Positions 42,084 through 42,481 of a stretch of DNA of 42,481 nucleotides are shown here, piece by piece. How positions within the stretch are numbered: position 1 is the stretch's first letter; each line of letters starts with the position of its first letter. The notes below the pieces were generated by a model. That model was not told where the DNA came from and made no database searches. It saw nothing but the letters and a program-made list of their open reading frames with translations. Made by a program: the position numbers and the translations under genes. The stretch is from Candidatus Eremiobacteria bacterium (GTDB lineage Bacteria > Vulcanimicrobiota > Vulcanimicrobiia > Vulcanimicrobiales > Vulcanimicrobiaceae): NCBI GenBank assembly GCA_025451135.1, contig JANWKW010000088.1:1-42481 (forward strand), in the 5' to 3' direction.

Positions 42084-42481
42084 ATGAGAACCCTTTGCAT
42101 CGCGCTCGTCGCGGCACTCGCACTCTGCCTCGGAAGCGTCACCGTCGCGCTCGCCGCGTCGTCGTCCATTTCCGGCACGGTCACCGACGAGACCGGCGCG
42201 CCGATCGCTGCGGCCACGGTCAGCATCAAAGGCGCTGCTCGTTACGGCGCCGTGACCGATGCAAAGGGAGGATTCAGCGTCGACGTCGCGCCCGGCTTGT
42301 ACAGCATAGCCGTCACGAAGGCCGGCTTCGCGAGCGCGACGCAAGGCGACATCGTGGTCGTCGCCGGGCTGCCCGCCGTGCTCAGCGTGCGGATGGAACG
42401 CACCACCTTCTCGTCGCTGCACACGATCGCGACCGTACGCTCGGGTTCGGGCGCCGGGACGATCAATACGAGCGCCGCGTC
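42084..42481 (+). CDS. Second TonB-dependent receptor with a CarboxypepD_reg-like N-terminus, 3'-truncated by the window edge (absent from the ORF track)
   Basis: ATG at 42084 with AGGAG 8 nt upstream. My translation is MRTLCIALVAALALCLGSVTVALAASSSISGTVTDETGAPIAAATVSIKGAARYGAVTDAKGGFSVDVAPGLYSIAVTKAGFASATQGDIVVVAG..., with no stop before the window end. Confidence 0.7.
   Translation, partial: MRTLCIALVAALALCLGSVTVALAASSSISGTVTDETGAPIAAATVSIKGAARYGAVTDAKGGFSVDVAPGLYSIAVTKAGFASATQGDIVVVAGLPAVLSVRMERTTFSSLHTIATVRSGSGAGTINTSAA

Noticed and set aside
1-42481. Looked for rRNA, tRNA, CRISPR arrays, transposases, integrases, phage genes and restriction endonucleases.
   Set aside because: Intergenic spacers are all shorter than about 180 bp. 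None shows a cloverleaf-like or regularly spaced repeat structure, and no translated ORF shows DDE, tyrosine/serine recombinase or capsid/terminase-like motifs. The absence is judged by eye only.

Overview
This is a very GC-rich bacterial chromosomal segment, by eye well above 60% G+C. Coding density is very high and almost all real genes lie on the minus strand in long, tightly packed co-directional strings. Many junctions are 4-nt NTGA stop/start overlaps.

Gene content is mostly core metabolism:
- 2.3-10.1 kb: a tetrapyrrole operon, in transcription order sirC-like::hemC fusion, hemB, mobA, hemL, hemA, hemD, DUF92, MT-A70.
- 11.7-19.4 kb: a respiratory supercluster, in order menG, polyprenyl synthase, tatA, tatC, resB, ccsA, Rieske, a cytochrome b6/subunit IV/cytochrome c fusion, and a secreted protein.
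- 20.3-24.9 kb: an AraC regulator plus a TonB-dependent receptor.
- 24.9-33.8 kb: a housekeeping string, in order pncA, NCS1 permease, ABC-2 exporter, rsmI, metG, GGDEF, tatD.
- 34-42 kb: a looser region with pepP, an alpha/beta hydrolase, an XRE regulator with a 4-TM partner, a peroxiredoxin/redoxin operon, a quinone oxidoreductase, an S1/P1-like nuclease, and a second TonB-dependent receptor truncated by the window end.

The mix of Firmicute-like qcr/hem/system II cytochrome c maturation genes with TonB-dependent outer-membrane receptors suggests a diderm of a poorly studied high-GC lineage, possibly Eremiobacterota- or Armatimonadota-like. That placement is a guess.

I see no rRNA, tRNA, CRISPR array, transposase, integrase or prophage genes. 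I also see no clear-cut multi-gene novel system such as a defence island.

The points most worth follow-up are:
- hemB has no stop codon, and its frame runs through mobA.
- An MT-A70 methyltransferase is translationally coupled to a DUF92 protein at the tail of the haem operon.
- A sirC::hemC fusion and a cytochrome b/IV/c triple fusion are present.
- A GGDEF gene is wedged between metG and tatD.
- A 35-bp repeat family occurs twice, and one copy supplies the MenG C-terminus.
- A consensus-like promoter that would give a leaderless transcript drives the 4-TM/XRE pair, opposite a Fur-family-like box upstream of the peroxiredoxin operon.

All functional calls come from reading motifs in the translations. 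No searches were run.
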